From positions 2,108,001 to 2,172,000 of the forward strand of contig JBHGNT010000001.1 of NCBI GenBank assembly GCA_043228905.1: 64,000 nt of DNA, in the 5' to 3' direction. The translations under genes were made by a program, and so were the position numbers. Below the pieces are notes generated by a model that was not told the origin of the DNA, searched no databases, and saw only the letters and a list, made by a program, of their open reading frames with translations. Within the stretch, counting starts at the first letter, position 1, and each line of letters starts with the position of its first letter. The DNA comes from Azolla caroliniana. Taxonomy: Eukaryota; Plantae; Polypodiophyta. Positions 28,001 to 39,952 of this stretch are shown piece by piece.

Positions 28001-31000
28001 ATTATATGGCGTATCATTACGCCTTTATGATGAAGGTAGGGACAGTACGGGAGCCGGAAACCTTTTCGGAAGCCGCAAAGGACCTGCGATGGATCGAAGC
28101 AATGAACGAGGAGATGCAAGCACTACGGAAGAACGAGACGTGGGATCTCGTTCCCACCTCACCACACAAAAAGGCGATTGGATGTTGATGGATCTACAAG
28201 GTGAAGTATAACGTTGATGGCTCCGTAAACCGCTTCAAAGCTTGACTCGTAGCGAAAGGATACGCTCAGACGCATGGCGTCGACTACGAAGAGACCTTTG
28301 CCCCGGTGGCAAAGATGACAACGGTGCGGATCGTAATTGCGTTTGCCGTAGCGAAAGGGTGGCACCTCCATCAAATGGACGTCAAGAACGCCTTTCTACA
28401 AGGCGAATTAGAAGAGGAGGTGTACATGATACAACCACCCGGCTTCAACTCGAGCACCCATCCGAAAGTTGTTTGCCGACTCAAGAAGCCTCTATACAGC
28501 CTCAAGCAAGCACCGCGTGCTTGGCATTCGAAGATAACGCAATATCTTCATCAAATCGGCTTCTGTATGTCAAAATCGGACAACTCCCTCTACATATGAA
28601 GCTATTCCGCAAGTCTAATTGTCATCATTTTATACGTGGATGACCTAGTCATTGGAGGTGAGCATATCGTCGAAATCAATAAGGTCAAATCCCTCCTTTC
28701 CGACAAGTTCGAGATGATGGCCATGAAGGAGCTCCACTACTTCCTTGGCATCGAGGTAATTCGGACTCCGGCCGGAATCATGATCTCTCAACGGCACTAC
28801 ATCCTCAACTTACTATATAAGTTCGGGATGGCTGAGTGCAAATCCGCGGCAACCCCGCTCGATCGCAACCTCAAACTAGATGCGAACTCCGACACAAAAG
28901 CGTGTGAGCCGACTCAGTATCGGCAACTCATCGGGAGTCTCATCTACTTCACGATCACACGACCCGATCTCAGTTATCCGGTTGGTCTCCTTAGCCAATT
29001 CATGCAAACACCGCATGATACTCACTTGGAGTGCGCTAAGCGAGTTCTACGATACGTGAGTGGCACAATGGATTACGGCATCCTCTACAAGACCGCGATG
29101 CCAATACAACTCGAGGGGTACACAGACGCTGATTGGGCCGGCTACAAAGCTGATAGAAGATCAACCTCCGGATTTATTTTCTCCCTTGGCAGCGGAGGAA
29201 TATCCTGGAGTAGCAAGAAGCAGCCTATCGTCGCTCTTTCGAGTACGGAGGCGGAATACAAGGGCGCAGTCGTAGCTGCGTGCGAAGCCGTATGGCTCAA
29301 GAGGATTTTGAAAGATCTGGGCGTACCCATCAAGGATCTGACTTCCCTTTACTGCGACAACATGAGCAGTATCTATCTAGCTCGGAACCCGGTGTTCCAC
29401 GCACGGACAAAGCACATCGAAGTGCACTATCACTTCATCCGAGAGCGCGTTCTGGCTGGCGATGTCAACCTACAACACATAAGCACCAATCTTCAAACGA
29501 CCGACATCTTCACTAAAGCCTTAGGAGCCGACAAGCTATGGCAATTCATGACCGATCTTAGATTGATGATCCCTGATCTACCAAGCTTGAGGGGGAGTAC
29601 TTAGGACACTACGCAATAACGCGTAGATTCCGCAACCACACACCGTAGCAGCAAAGAGCCGATCTACCGCGCAAAGCCGCGAAGAAAGACGCAAGCCGAA
29701 GCACAGACTTCGTAACTACGCACAACGCAAGCTGGAGCACGGATTCCGCAACTCCGCATAAAGCAAGTCGACGTGAGTCGACGCGGACTCCCGAACGTGA
29801 ATTGAAGCGGATTTCGGATACCGTCTGAAACCGACCCAACTTGAGCTTGAGGGGGCGTGTTGAGAATCAAGCTCAACTTGGTCTAGTGTGTGAACTCACC
29901 TTGGGAGTGAAGAGACACCTCAACGGTCAAGAGTCACCATTATGTCACCATTATGTCACCACTTTGTATTCTAGCATTTAGTATGAGTCATAGAATCATA
30001 TTCTATGACACATAACTTATGAGCTTTCACATTCCCCATGCTCCATGAGCCTTGTAGTTAATGAAGAGAGAGGATGACTACATAAAGCACCCTCCTCCCA
30101 TCTTGTATCATGTTGAATCTTTCTCCTTTGTTAATATACTTTTAACCTTGCGTATTCTCTGTGTTTCACTCACTCTCTCTCTCTCTTACACACACACACA
30201 TAACTCACATCTCTTCCGCTTCACAAGAATCCATCTCTTGATTCTTTACAGCCACGAACCAGATCGGGAACTGTACGCCGTCCTTGTCCTCCTGACCGAT
30301 TACCCACCTGATCCCAGTCGGGTTCGTGTCCACTGTCACGTAGATGGGAACTTCCTTGCCGTATATCGCTCTCCGGAGAGCCGGTGCCGCAGCAAGCACC
30401 TCCTTCAATCTCCGGACTGACTCCGTGTGCTCTGTGCTCCACTCGAACCTACGCCCCTTCTTCAATAGCCCGTAGAACGATTCCGCGACATGTGCGTAGT
30501 GCGGAATCCAGATGTGGTAGAACGTGCATGCACCCAAGAATCTGCAAACCTCCATAACCGACCCGCAATCGTCCTTCATCACGGAGATGACTTCTACCTT
30601 TGCCGGGGATGGTTTCCGGCCATAGGGCCCGCACAGGTGTCCGACTACCAGGAGCTTCGTCTGCCCGAACGCTAATTTCTCTCTGGAGAAGGTCACTCGC
30701 GCGCTCTCCAGCCTCTGCAACACCTTATCGCAATCGTTGATGTGGATCACGACGAACCTCTGGCATCCATCCGGCTCGACCGTTTCATCTACATCCTCCA
30801 CCGGACACCCTTTTATCGGTACGTCGTCTAGGAATGGCATAGTGATGTCCGGGATGCAGTCCCTCAGCACCTTGTTCATTGCGTTCACCATGTGCGCCAC
30901 CGAATTCGTTCCTCCTTGCGGTAGGGCACACATCCGCACCAAGCCGAGAGGAGTCCGCATTGTCGTGATGTCACTGCTCTATACGACTAGTTGGAACTGG

Positions 31001-34000
31001 TCGTACCCCGAGTATAAGTCACCGACCGAATAGATCGACCTTCCGGCGAAGGCCTCCGCGAACTCGTCTATGGCCGGCCTGATTCCCGCATTACGGATGG
31101 TCACCTTGTTGACCGGTTGTAGGTCCTGTATGAAGCGCAACGTGTCGTTCTTCTTTGGCACCTGGAACCACTGATTTGAGTATGGGGCACTCGACAATTC
31201 GAGGATGCCCATCTCCACCTTCTGTTTCAACAGCTCCATCAGCTTCGGGATGTGAGCTCTGGGTACCAGAATCGGTTTGAGAATCCACAACACACGTGGT
31301 ACCGTGAAGATCACCATTGGTTCAACAATTGTCAGGTCTACGCACCTCATCTCCTCTGGCGAGAATGTGAAGGCCTTCCCGTGCCTTCCGAGCATCCTCC
31401 GAAACCGGTCCTCCTCCTCCGGCAGTAGAAAGCCACCCCCACCAACCTTGAGCTCCCGTAGTGTTATGTCGGTGAACCAGTGCCCTATGCCGGCTGGATT
31501 CCGTAAACTCGGGTCCAATGCGACCCCTTTTATCCGCTCTTCGCTGCCCTCCGGCAAGGGTGCCGCAACTGGCCTCACCTTCCAATCCACAGTCTTATAC
31601 TTCGTATCCACGCGGGCCGTTCGATCCGACCGATCCTCTCCCTGAAGTCCGCGATGACTTCGTACATTCCCATCGAGCTAACCGGAACGGTCCGATCTTC
31701 GCTAAGGCCTTCATCGACCACCTTTCGTAATTCGCCCAAGGTGTCGTTAAAAGAGACCGCCTCCACGGCGCCGCTAATTTCTTCATCGGGGAAGAGGACT
31801 CCACACACCCTAAGTCGTCTCTCCGCTCGCTTCCTCTCTTGGCTACTGATGTTGGTTAACGTATAACCTCTGTTTTCGGAGAGCCAAAATTTCCTACCTA
31901 TAATACATGTGTGGGGTTCTTCCGGGGTGTCTGGACTATCGCGGCCCCACGCCTTGATAGTCCTCTCTAAAAATACCCTCGGCTGTCGCCACCGAGGGTC
32001 TCGTGGTTTCGCTCGTGGTTGGGTCGCACTGTCATGAATTGGACGGAATGCCGATCGTCTTGGCTCTTGACGCGCGCATATGTCGAACCGTTGTCCAGTA
32101 CTTTCGTCTCCATGCATGTTGCTGTAATGTACGATTCGCCGAGAATTACCGGGTGCGAGGAAGTCTCTTGCACGAAGAAATGTTGATCTATCTCGACGTC
32201 ACCAATCTTCACGCATACGTTCGGGCACACACCATGCAACTGCTCTGTAGCGCGCGTCGCCGCGCGTATCTTCCACCCGTGTTTGGTGTTGATCGGCCAT
32301 TTCCTCTTTTTATAGAAGTCCATGGACATCAGGTTGATCTCCGAACCGTGGTCTACCAATGCCACCACCAACTCTTGGATGTCACCGATCCGAACAAGGG
32401 TTTCCGTAGTGGCCCTTCGCGTAGTGGCCCTTCGCGTAGTGGCTTTCCGCCAACTCATCCTCTAGGGCCGTGTCTTCTAAGTGCGTCGTCCGCATTTCCA
32501 CCGGCCTCTCCGGTTCCGGCTCCGTTGAGAGCCTCTTCCACTTCACCAAGTCCACAATGGACTCATGGAACTCCTTCTTGGCGATTCCCAGCACCTCTCG
32601 TAACGACAACTCGACCTTGTTGTCGAGAATTCACTCTTCCAGGACCTTCCGCAGGTCCGTTGTTCGTTCGATTTCGGTGCTCAGCCGGAAACTGGACTGC
32701 TTCTTCTTCTCCGGTGCCTTGGCGTTGGTAGCCTCATTCGGCTTCGGTCCGAACCTGGTCTCATACCGCTGCGAGGGGCCGCCCCCTCTGGCCTTTCCCG
32801 CGCGCTTGTCTTCTACAAGAACCTCGTAGTTCTGGCATGCGGCAGCCACGAAGCCAGTCTTTTCTTCCATTGGGTCGTCCCATCCGGTAACCTCCCGGAT
32901 CCGCTGTTCCGCGTGGTCTGCCTCTTCCTTCTTCAACCGTAGTCCGTAGAGACCCTCTAGCACCAACGGCCAGAATTCGGAGTCCTTCGCTTTCCGGGCC
33001 TCATCACCCCCAACCCGGATTCCCATCGATGCCGAGTAGTTAACGGCCTCTACATGTCATGTCGCGGCCTCTTCCATCAACCGCTTCATTCCGCCGCGCC
33101 CCGTATTCAACTCTAGGGCTTTCCGGGTCTCACTCGCGTGCACCCACCGTTCCAGAGGTACACCACGTTGGTCCTGAGTGCCTCAGCAAAATCCGCGCAT
33201 TCTTTCCGGATGTTGCCGACCGCGTCGCACCACATGCACTGCTGCCCCGCCGGCGGCCTTCGGTGACGAGATTGTTCGCCGCTGTCCCTCCGGGCCTGTG
33301 CGATTTGGAGATCTCGCACCATTTGCGATAGCTCTTCTAGAGCCGCGCCTCTAGAGGGACCTTTGACCACTCCGCTCAGGGCTGAGCCTGTCTCAAGCCA
33401 ACTCCGAGTTTCTTCCTTCCTAGACAGTACCGACACCGGCTCCTCGAGCTCCCTTGCCGGGACCGGTCTTGCCACCGACGAGCCCTCGTCGTTCCACTCG
33501 CGCCGCTTGTCCAAACGACCGCAGACCCTCCTTACCATGGCCCAATCTGTCGTGAGCCCTTCATCTGTTTCCAACAAGAGACCCACATTCTCCCAGTCCA
33601 TGGTGTCCACCGACTTGACGAATAGTAGTACCCGGCTTGTGTCGAGCACGGTCCTGTCCAGCGTTGACAGCCGTGCGAACCGTTTCTAGAACTCCTGGAG
33701 GAGTGTCGTCATGTTCCTCCCCTTCCCAGGGCTCTCAACCCACGCCATGAAGTCTCGCTTCGACAACCGAAGCGAGTCATCGAACCCATACATCTTGAGG
33801 AGCTGCAACTCGAACCCCTCCCAAGTTTGGCATCCGGCCAACACCTTGAGCACCTCTGCGTGGATGCGCGGCATCACCACCCGAGGGAACCCGGACAACC
33901 GCTTGTCCACCGAGATATCCCTCATGATCATTTCGGCCCGGTAGGCCTCCAAGTAGCTCGTGGCATTCTTCCCACCGAATCGACCTACGGTTCCAACGAT

Positions 34001-34746
34001 CGACTCAATGGCCCTGTAGAGGGCACCCGTTCCCTCGCGAGCGCTCACTAGCCGGTCGACGGCTACGACCATAGCTTTAGCAAGCTCGTATTCCCCTCAT
34101 CCTTCACTCCTTTTCCGCCAGTTTCACATCGGGTTCACCAAATATGTCGAGTTGTTACGCTCTTCGCATGCGAAAAGAGGCGGGACCGCGGGGGCCTTGA
34201 ACCAAGGAGCGTGAGAAAGAGAGAGAGAACAAAGTCTTAATTACAAAATCAATAACGATTACAATCGGCAAGCCGGCAACGGAACTCAGGCGAACACACA
34301 CACACACACAACGCTCACGTACGCACACAGACCCGACTGCACTGTGGAGCCTCTGCCGGAAGCACACGGGTTGTCCATGAAGTAGAGGCAACTCAGTCCG
34401 AAATCCTGCAGAGAATGACAAAAGATGGAGGAGAGAGCTCGGTCCCCGTCCGAAAGCACTTCGTCCTCGCTCCTAAACGCCCCCCCTATCATCCGCCTTC
34501 TTCCTTCCCTTTTATAGGCCGTCGAGGCAGGTCGTTGCACCCTTGTTTCCATCAATTTATTCTTTGTCCTTTCGGACAGAGATACTCTTCGATTTCCAAG
34601 ACATTCAATGCGTCACATCTAGTCTCTTTGCTCCCAGCATCCTACTCCTAGTTATGTACAAGGTATTAATTGGTGTGGAAAAGTGTAGGGCTGGTTCATG
34701 CGCCCTGCTTCGTTGATTCTGCTTCTGGCCAGTTTTCTTCACGACA
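24094..34746 (-). mobile_element. Ty3/gypsy LTR retrotransposon (non-seed-plant Phygy/Selgy-like by inference), 3'-truncated and interrupted by a copia at 24735-30250
   Basis: LTR 34145-34746 (TGTCG...CGACA) and PBS TGGTGAACCCGATGTGAA at 34123-34140. Gag with CMWCDAVG, protease LVDHGSEINL, RT DLYSGYDQ / LPQGGTNS / FLDDVPIKG, RNase H KRELWG...ETDCL, integrase H...GHRG. Confidence 0.92.
24735..30250 (+). mobile_element. Full-length Ty1/copia LTR retrotransposon with a disrupted gag-pol ORF
   Basis: LTRs 24735-25141 and 29858-30250 differ by about 3 substitutions plus microsatellite length. TSD gcccc/gccac, PBS tggtatgagagc (tRNA-Met variant), PPT ttgagggggcg. Domain order gag-PR-IN-RT(YVDD)-RH from 25304 to 29604, with stops and frameshifts. 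Confidence 0.97.
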
Positions 34747-36718
34747 ACGGAATGTGTTATAATATTATCCATTAGAATAATAATGTTACCATTTTGTAGC
34801 ATTCAACCCTAAATCATGGGAGCTTCGTCTTGAGGGGGCACAAGTACTACAGAAAGTACCAACTATGTGACTTGATACCATATAACTCAATAATGTGGCC
34901 CAAGACTATAATAACATGTCATGTCAGTGAAGTGGCGGCCCATAGAACGTAATATTCGTGTTCGTGCAAGCATTCAAACGATTGAAAATGAACATGTTTG
35001 AAAAGGGAAAAATATATACTTCTTTTTTTCTATCTTAGTGGTAACGAGATATGCTATTGTTGTCTACGTCTTGGGTTCAAGTCACAATTTTCTCATCTCT
35101 CTCTTGTTAGTACCATAACAAAATTTTATATTAGTTTTTTCGTTTTTTTTCATTTTTTGTTATTAGACATGAGCTTAACCTAGTGGTAAGTACTATTGCT
35201 CGTGTTAAATTCCCAACTTTCTCATATCCTCTTGTTATTGTCATGTTACTTCTTTTTTCTTTGTTTGTTATTAGAGATTAGCTCACCCTAATGGTAAATT
35301 TTTATTCTACTACTGCCTATGTCATGTTTTCTTCATATTCTCAAATATACGTTTTATGAGTTTTTTATCGTTTCTTTTTTCTTCTTTTTCTTTCTTTCTT
35401 TGTTATTAGAAATTAGCTCACCCTAGTGATAAGTTGTTATGTTACTATTGCCTATGTCATATTTTCTTCATATTCTCAAATGTATGTTTTATGAGTTTTT
35501 GAACATTTAATTATAATTTATAATGACATATTTTGATTCAATCTCTATAGTTCATACTCCTTTTTTTGTAAAGTTCTAAAGTGAGGATGATAGAGATGTC
35601 TTGATTCTTAAGAAGCATCCCAAAAGTATGCATGTGATACAATGCAACTATTGCAACCATACTTATGTTGGTGGTTCACAATGGATTAGAGTCCACTTAT
35701 TGGGATTGAGAGTGAATCAATATATGATATAGATCATAGTCAATCCAATCCAACTTGTCAATCCAATCCAACTTTGAGATGATTTACCATACACGTTTGA
35801 TTGAAACATTCTCGAAAGCGAATGCACGTATGATACACATGGTTCATTCTATGGGTCACTGAAGCTTGATAGGTGACCTTGGACTATGTTTGGTTTGGGT
35901 GCCACAAAGCATTTGCAAGTTCTTGAAACCATGGTCCATAAGGCAGGTTGCAACAACCTATACACGGAATGTGTTGTAATCTTATCCATTGGAATAACAA
36001 TGTTACCTTTTTCTAACATCAAATCCTGAATCTTGTGAGCTTCGTCTAGAGGGGGCACATGTACTAAGGAACGTACCAACTATGTGACTTGATTCCATAT
36101 AACTCGATGATGTGGCCCAAAACTATAATGACATGTCATGTCATTGAAGCCTAATAGGTGACCTTGGTCAATCCCTTCTTTGCGAAAAAATAACTTAAAG
36201 CTTTTCTAGGCTCTTGTTTACCTAATGACCATGGGAATATAGCACTCCAATGTAAGCTTTCGAGGGGTAGAGAGTTCACTGAATCCAAATTCCTCCCCCT
36301 CCATTTTATGTGGTGGAATACTTCCTTCCAGTGCTTTAGAGGCTTTGAGCTAAATGGACATCCTGTGATGTGCCCAGCAAACGCTACATCCCAATGGTTA
36401 GTATCCCATTAGCCAAATGACTTGGTTTTGAAATTATCAAACATATCTGATAGCATTCTTGCCCAAAGCAATGTTCGCTCAACAAATTTTGGCAATAAAG
36501 TTGCTTTGCTAGCCAATGTATGCAATTGCAAATTAAGAATATTTAGTCCCCCGCACAGTTGTGGAGTGCATATCTTCTCAAGTGATAGGATTCGTAACCT
36601 CTACGCAACTCAAAAGTTTCTTATGAATCTTTTGTATCATCTGTTTCAGCCAATCAATCATAATTATGTAATTTTGCATGTAAGCCATGAATATAGATTG
36701 CATTATCCTCAATTTGAC
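34747..36718 (-). mobile_element. Upstream remainder of the LINE that ends at 22397, with an internal ~285-bp duplication
   Basis: Trp/Pro-rich minus-strand ORF2-like peptides (HITGCPFSSKPLKHWKEVFHHIKWRG). 34747-34932 plus 35862-35885 duplicates 35964-36167. The host repeat resumes exactly at 36719. Confidence 0.5.
34933..35861 (+). mobile_element. Non-autonomous hAT-like DNA transposon relic with a BED zinc-finger fragment
   Basis: 35583-35732 translates to ...IQCNYCNHTYVGGSQWIRVHLLG (BED-finger-like). Imperfect terminal inverted repeats cccatagaa / ttctatggg and subterminal repeats. It splits the duplicated LINE segment. Confidence 0.55.
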
Positions 36719-37125
36719 ATGACGGGTGTGCCCATGCTACTTAATGTTGATCAATTCATCACAATGATAGTTCGTATGATTGATTATAACAATTGGGATT
36801 CTAAACGAATGATTGTGATGTGCTTGGGAAACGTGAGACATATGATGCCACGAATGATGTTAGCTCTAATGAATGAGTGGAACTTCAAGAATTAAAACAT
36901 AAAAAAGGCAAGCTTGATCTAAATTATCAAGTATAAGCTTAGACACATGAGTTTACAAAGCTAAAAAATCCAACGATTCAACACCATCGAATATGATGCC
37001 GAGTGGGCCCTTGCTATTTAATGTTGATCAATTCATCACAATGATAGTGCATATGGTTAATAATATCAATTAGGATTCTAAAAGAATGATTATGATGGGG
37101 CGTGGGAAACGTGAGACATATGATT
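36719..37125. repeat. ~285-bp tandem repeat, right part
   Basis: Same unit as 20880-22396. Confidence 0.85.
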
Positions 37126-37740
37126 CAAGATGGCCATAAGAGAGCATTAATGACACACACAAGGGTAGCAATTCTCTTGGCCGTGGGACCGTCACCAACC
37201 AATAAAGATGTGTGTCCCCTAGGCTTCCTCCGGAGACAACGTTAGTGACACAACAAGTGTAGCAATTCTCTTGGTCGTCGAACCATCGCCAATGAAGACG
37301 TGGCTCCCTGGGCTACTTCCGAAGGAGGTCACGAAGAAGAAGACCCTTTACATACCATAGGTTTCGCACCCACAAACGGTCGGACAAGATGGCGGCCAAG
37401 AGCAGAGTGGTTCGGCCGCACGAGAAGCGAGAAGGCAGAAAGGCAAAAAGCAAAAAAAAGCAGAAGGCAAAAAACAAAAAAGCAAAAGCAAGAAGTACAT
37501 ATAATGCTCTCCTCAAAGGAGCCTACCAATAGGAGCCCACACGCACAGAAAAAAAAAAGCCAGAAAGCAAATAAAAAATAAAAAATAAACAACGAAAAGG
37601 ATCTGTCATGAAGAGCTTCTCACTACCTAATCTGCTAAATTACCAAACAAATCTGAAGGCCCCCCCCCCCCCCCCCCTACTCTGCTTCTTATAAGGAAAG
37701 CAATCCATACCCTCAATCACTCACTCCTCAGTCTCTCAGT

Positions 37741-37826
37741 CTCTGCATCTGCTTCTGCATCTGCATCTGCTTCTGCTTCTGATTCTGCCTCTGCTTCTGC
37801 TTCTGCTTCTGCTTCTGATTCTGCCT
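37741..37826 (+). repeat. (TCTGCT/A)n hexanucleotide repeat in the putative 5' UTR of the carboxylesterase
   Basis: Directly visible, downstream of a TATA-like ttataag at ~37689. Confidence 0.85.
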
Positions 37827-37888
37827 CTACCCCCATCACTGCCCTCCCTCCGATCACTCGAGGGGAAGAGACGGGAAGAAGCGAGGCG

Positions 37889-39952
37889 ATGGCGAAGGAG
37901 AATCCGGGGGCGATATTGATGGAGAATGAGGTGGAGATGAGCGACGAAGGCCTGTCTCAAATCGCCATGGAGACGGGAGGGCCGTCTGCCCCTTCCCTCA
38001 CCACGCGGCTTGTGATGAAGATAGTGAAGCAAAGCAATGGCATGGCGAGGCGGAGGGACGGGAGCATGAACCGCCTGCTGTCGGAGCTCATGGAGGTGAA
38101 GGTGCGGGAGAGCGAGGAAGCCAGGCATGGGGTTTACACCAAAGACATAACCATGGACTGCGATACCCAGCCACACGTGTGGGCCCGTTTCTTCTTCCCG
38201 CAGCCCCCACCCCAGCCCAATGCCCACATCCCTTTCAAGAGGAAGAGGCCTGTCATCTTCTACATCCATGGCGGTGGCTTCTGTATGCTCTCTGCCCACT
38301 CCTTCTGCTACGACACCTTCTGTCGCCGCCTCTGCCGCAAGTCCGAATCCGTCATCGTTTCCATCAATTACCGCCGTGCCCCTGAGCACCGCTACCCAAC
38401 TGCCTACCACGATTCCTTCTCAGTCATCCAATGGGTGAAGGTATGTGTCTCTTCTTTCTCAATCCTTTGTCTATACATTTTCTGCTAATATTATCTCTGC
38501 GTGTCTGCATCCATGTCTCCTGTTCCTTTCTATGTATGCATACATGCATATATGTAATTGCATGCATGTATGTGTATAGTCTATGTATGTACATGTATGT
38601 ATGTATGCATGCACGCATGTATATAGATAGTTCTATCAATGAGTCATGGGGAGGGTGCCTGAGCATCATCTGCAGCCGATCCCTAATGATATGATTTCAT
38701 CCCCATTATGCAATAAGTGTATGAATGTGTGTTTTAACCTTTCTTAACTTATTACATTGTGTGTATATATATATATATAGATGTGTAATGGATGAATGTG
38801 TGTTTTAACCTTTCTTAACTTATTACATTGTATATATATATATATAGAGAGAGAGAGAGATGTGTGTAATGGATGTTTGCATAGGGCTTTGCTTGATTTG
38901 TTGAGCACTTAAAGCTTTATCTTTGCTTATTGTTTCTACCTCTAGACCTGTAGGCCCTGTCACAGGCAGGCCTCTCCTCCATTGAATGACACTCTCATTT
39001 ATATATGCTTGAACTCAACAACATGAGAAGTGTTATATAGTAAGGTAGTAGGATATCACTATGATCATGTCATTGGATTAGAGATGAATCCTTAGGCCTT
39101 TCCTCATATTGTCAAAATGTGGGAGTTTTAGTTAGTGGGGAAAAATGTCTCTTCTATTGGAAATATTTGTGATTGATTGCTTCGTTGCTGCTTGATTAAA
39201 GATGTGGTGCTGAACTCTTTTTTTGTTTTGAAATTGGTTAGGAGATGAAGAACTACAAGGAGAGGCGAGAGCTGATGATGCCGTATGAGCTCGACTTGGA
39301 GAATTGTATCCTGATGGGTGACAGCGCGGGTGCGAACATAGTTCACCACGTGGGGTGCCGGTTTGCGAGAGAAGCCGAGGAGGAGGCAGCGGCAAGCGCC
39401 GAGGCGGCCGCCAAGTTTGCAAAGGACCCCAAACTGACACTACACGCCAAAAAGGATGCCATGGGAAAGGAAATGGCGGGCAGCGGGTGCGAATGGGGGC
39501 ACTGGAATGTTGGAGGAGCGGCTCCTCGAATGAGGATGCTTGCGCACATTTTGTTGTTCCCATTCTTCGGGGGGGAGGAGAGGACGGAGGCCGAGTTACG
39601 GCTAAAGGACGCGCCGTTGGTCGACTTGGAGAACACGGCATGGTGCTGGAGGGCGTTCCTACCGGAGGGGGCAACCCGCGACCACTACGCGTGCAACGTG
39701 TTGGGGCCCGAGGGCGCTCGCATTGTGAGCGGCCTCGCACTCCCCCCGACGCTCGTGGCCATCGGGGAGTACGACGGCCTCAAGGATTGGCAAGTGAGAT
39801 ACGCCCGAGACATGGCCAAGCTGAAGAAGCCGGTGCGCTTGCTTTACTACCGCGGTGGCATACACGCATTCCACCTCCTTAGCCACCAGAAGATGTCTTC
39901 TCTTATCCTATCTAACGTGGTCACTTACATCAAATCCCTCCACTCTGTGTGA
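37889..39952 (+). CDS. CXE: GID1-like carboxylesterase (HSL-family alpha/beta hydrolase); exons 37889-38440 and 39242-39952, about 420 aa
   Basis: HGGGF oxyanion motif, SINYRRAPEHRYP, GDSAG nucleophile, Asp in GEYDGLKD and His in GGIHAF. N-terminal RRRDGSMNR lid like GID1/CXE18. Phase-0 GT-AG intron. Confidence 0.95.

Noticed and set aside
27134-28599. U-to-C RNA editing or UGA readthrough restoring copia Arg codons
   Set aside because: Such editing is organellar. The element also has frameshifts, and CpG deamination explains the pattern.
22794-34746. A transposed chimeric gypsy-copia element as one unit
   Set aside because: The LTRs are unrelated and the flanks are not a TSD. It is kept only as a junction finding.
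37736-38410. 224-aa antisense ORF with an RS-repeat tail
   Set aside because: It is the shadow of the GC-rich CXE exon plus the (TCTGCT)n UTR repeat.
37889-39952. Calling the gene a true GID1 gibberellin receptor
   Set aside because: It keeps the catalytic His and GDSAG (not GDSSG) and lacks the canonical TWVLIS lid motif.
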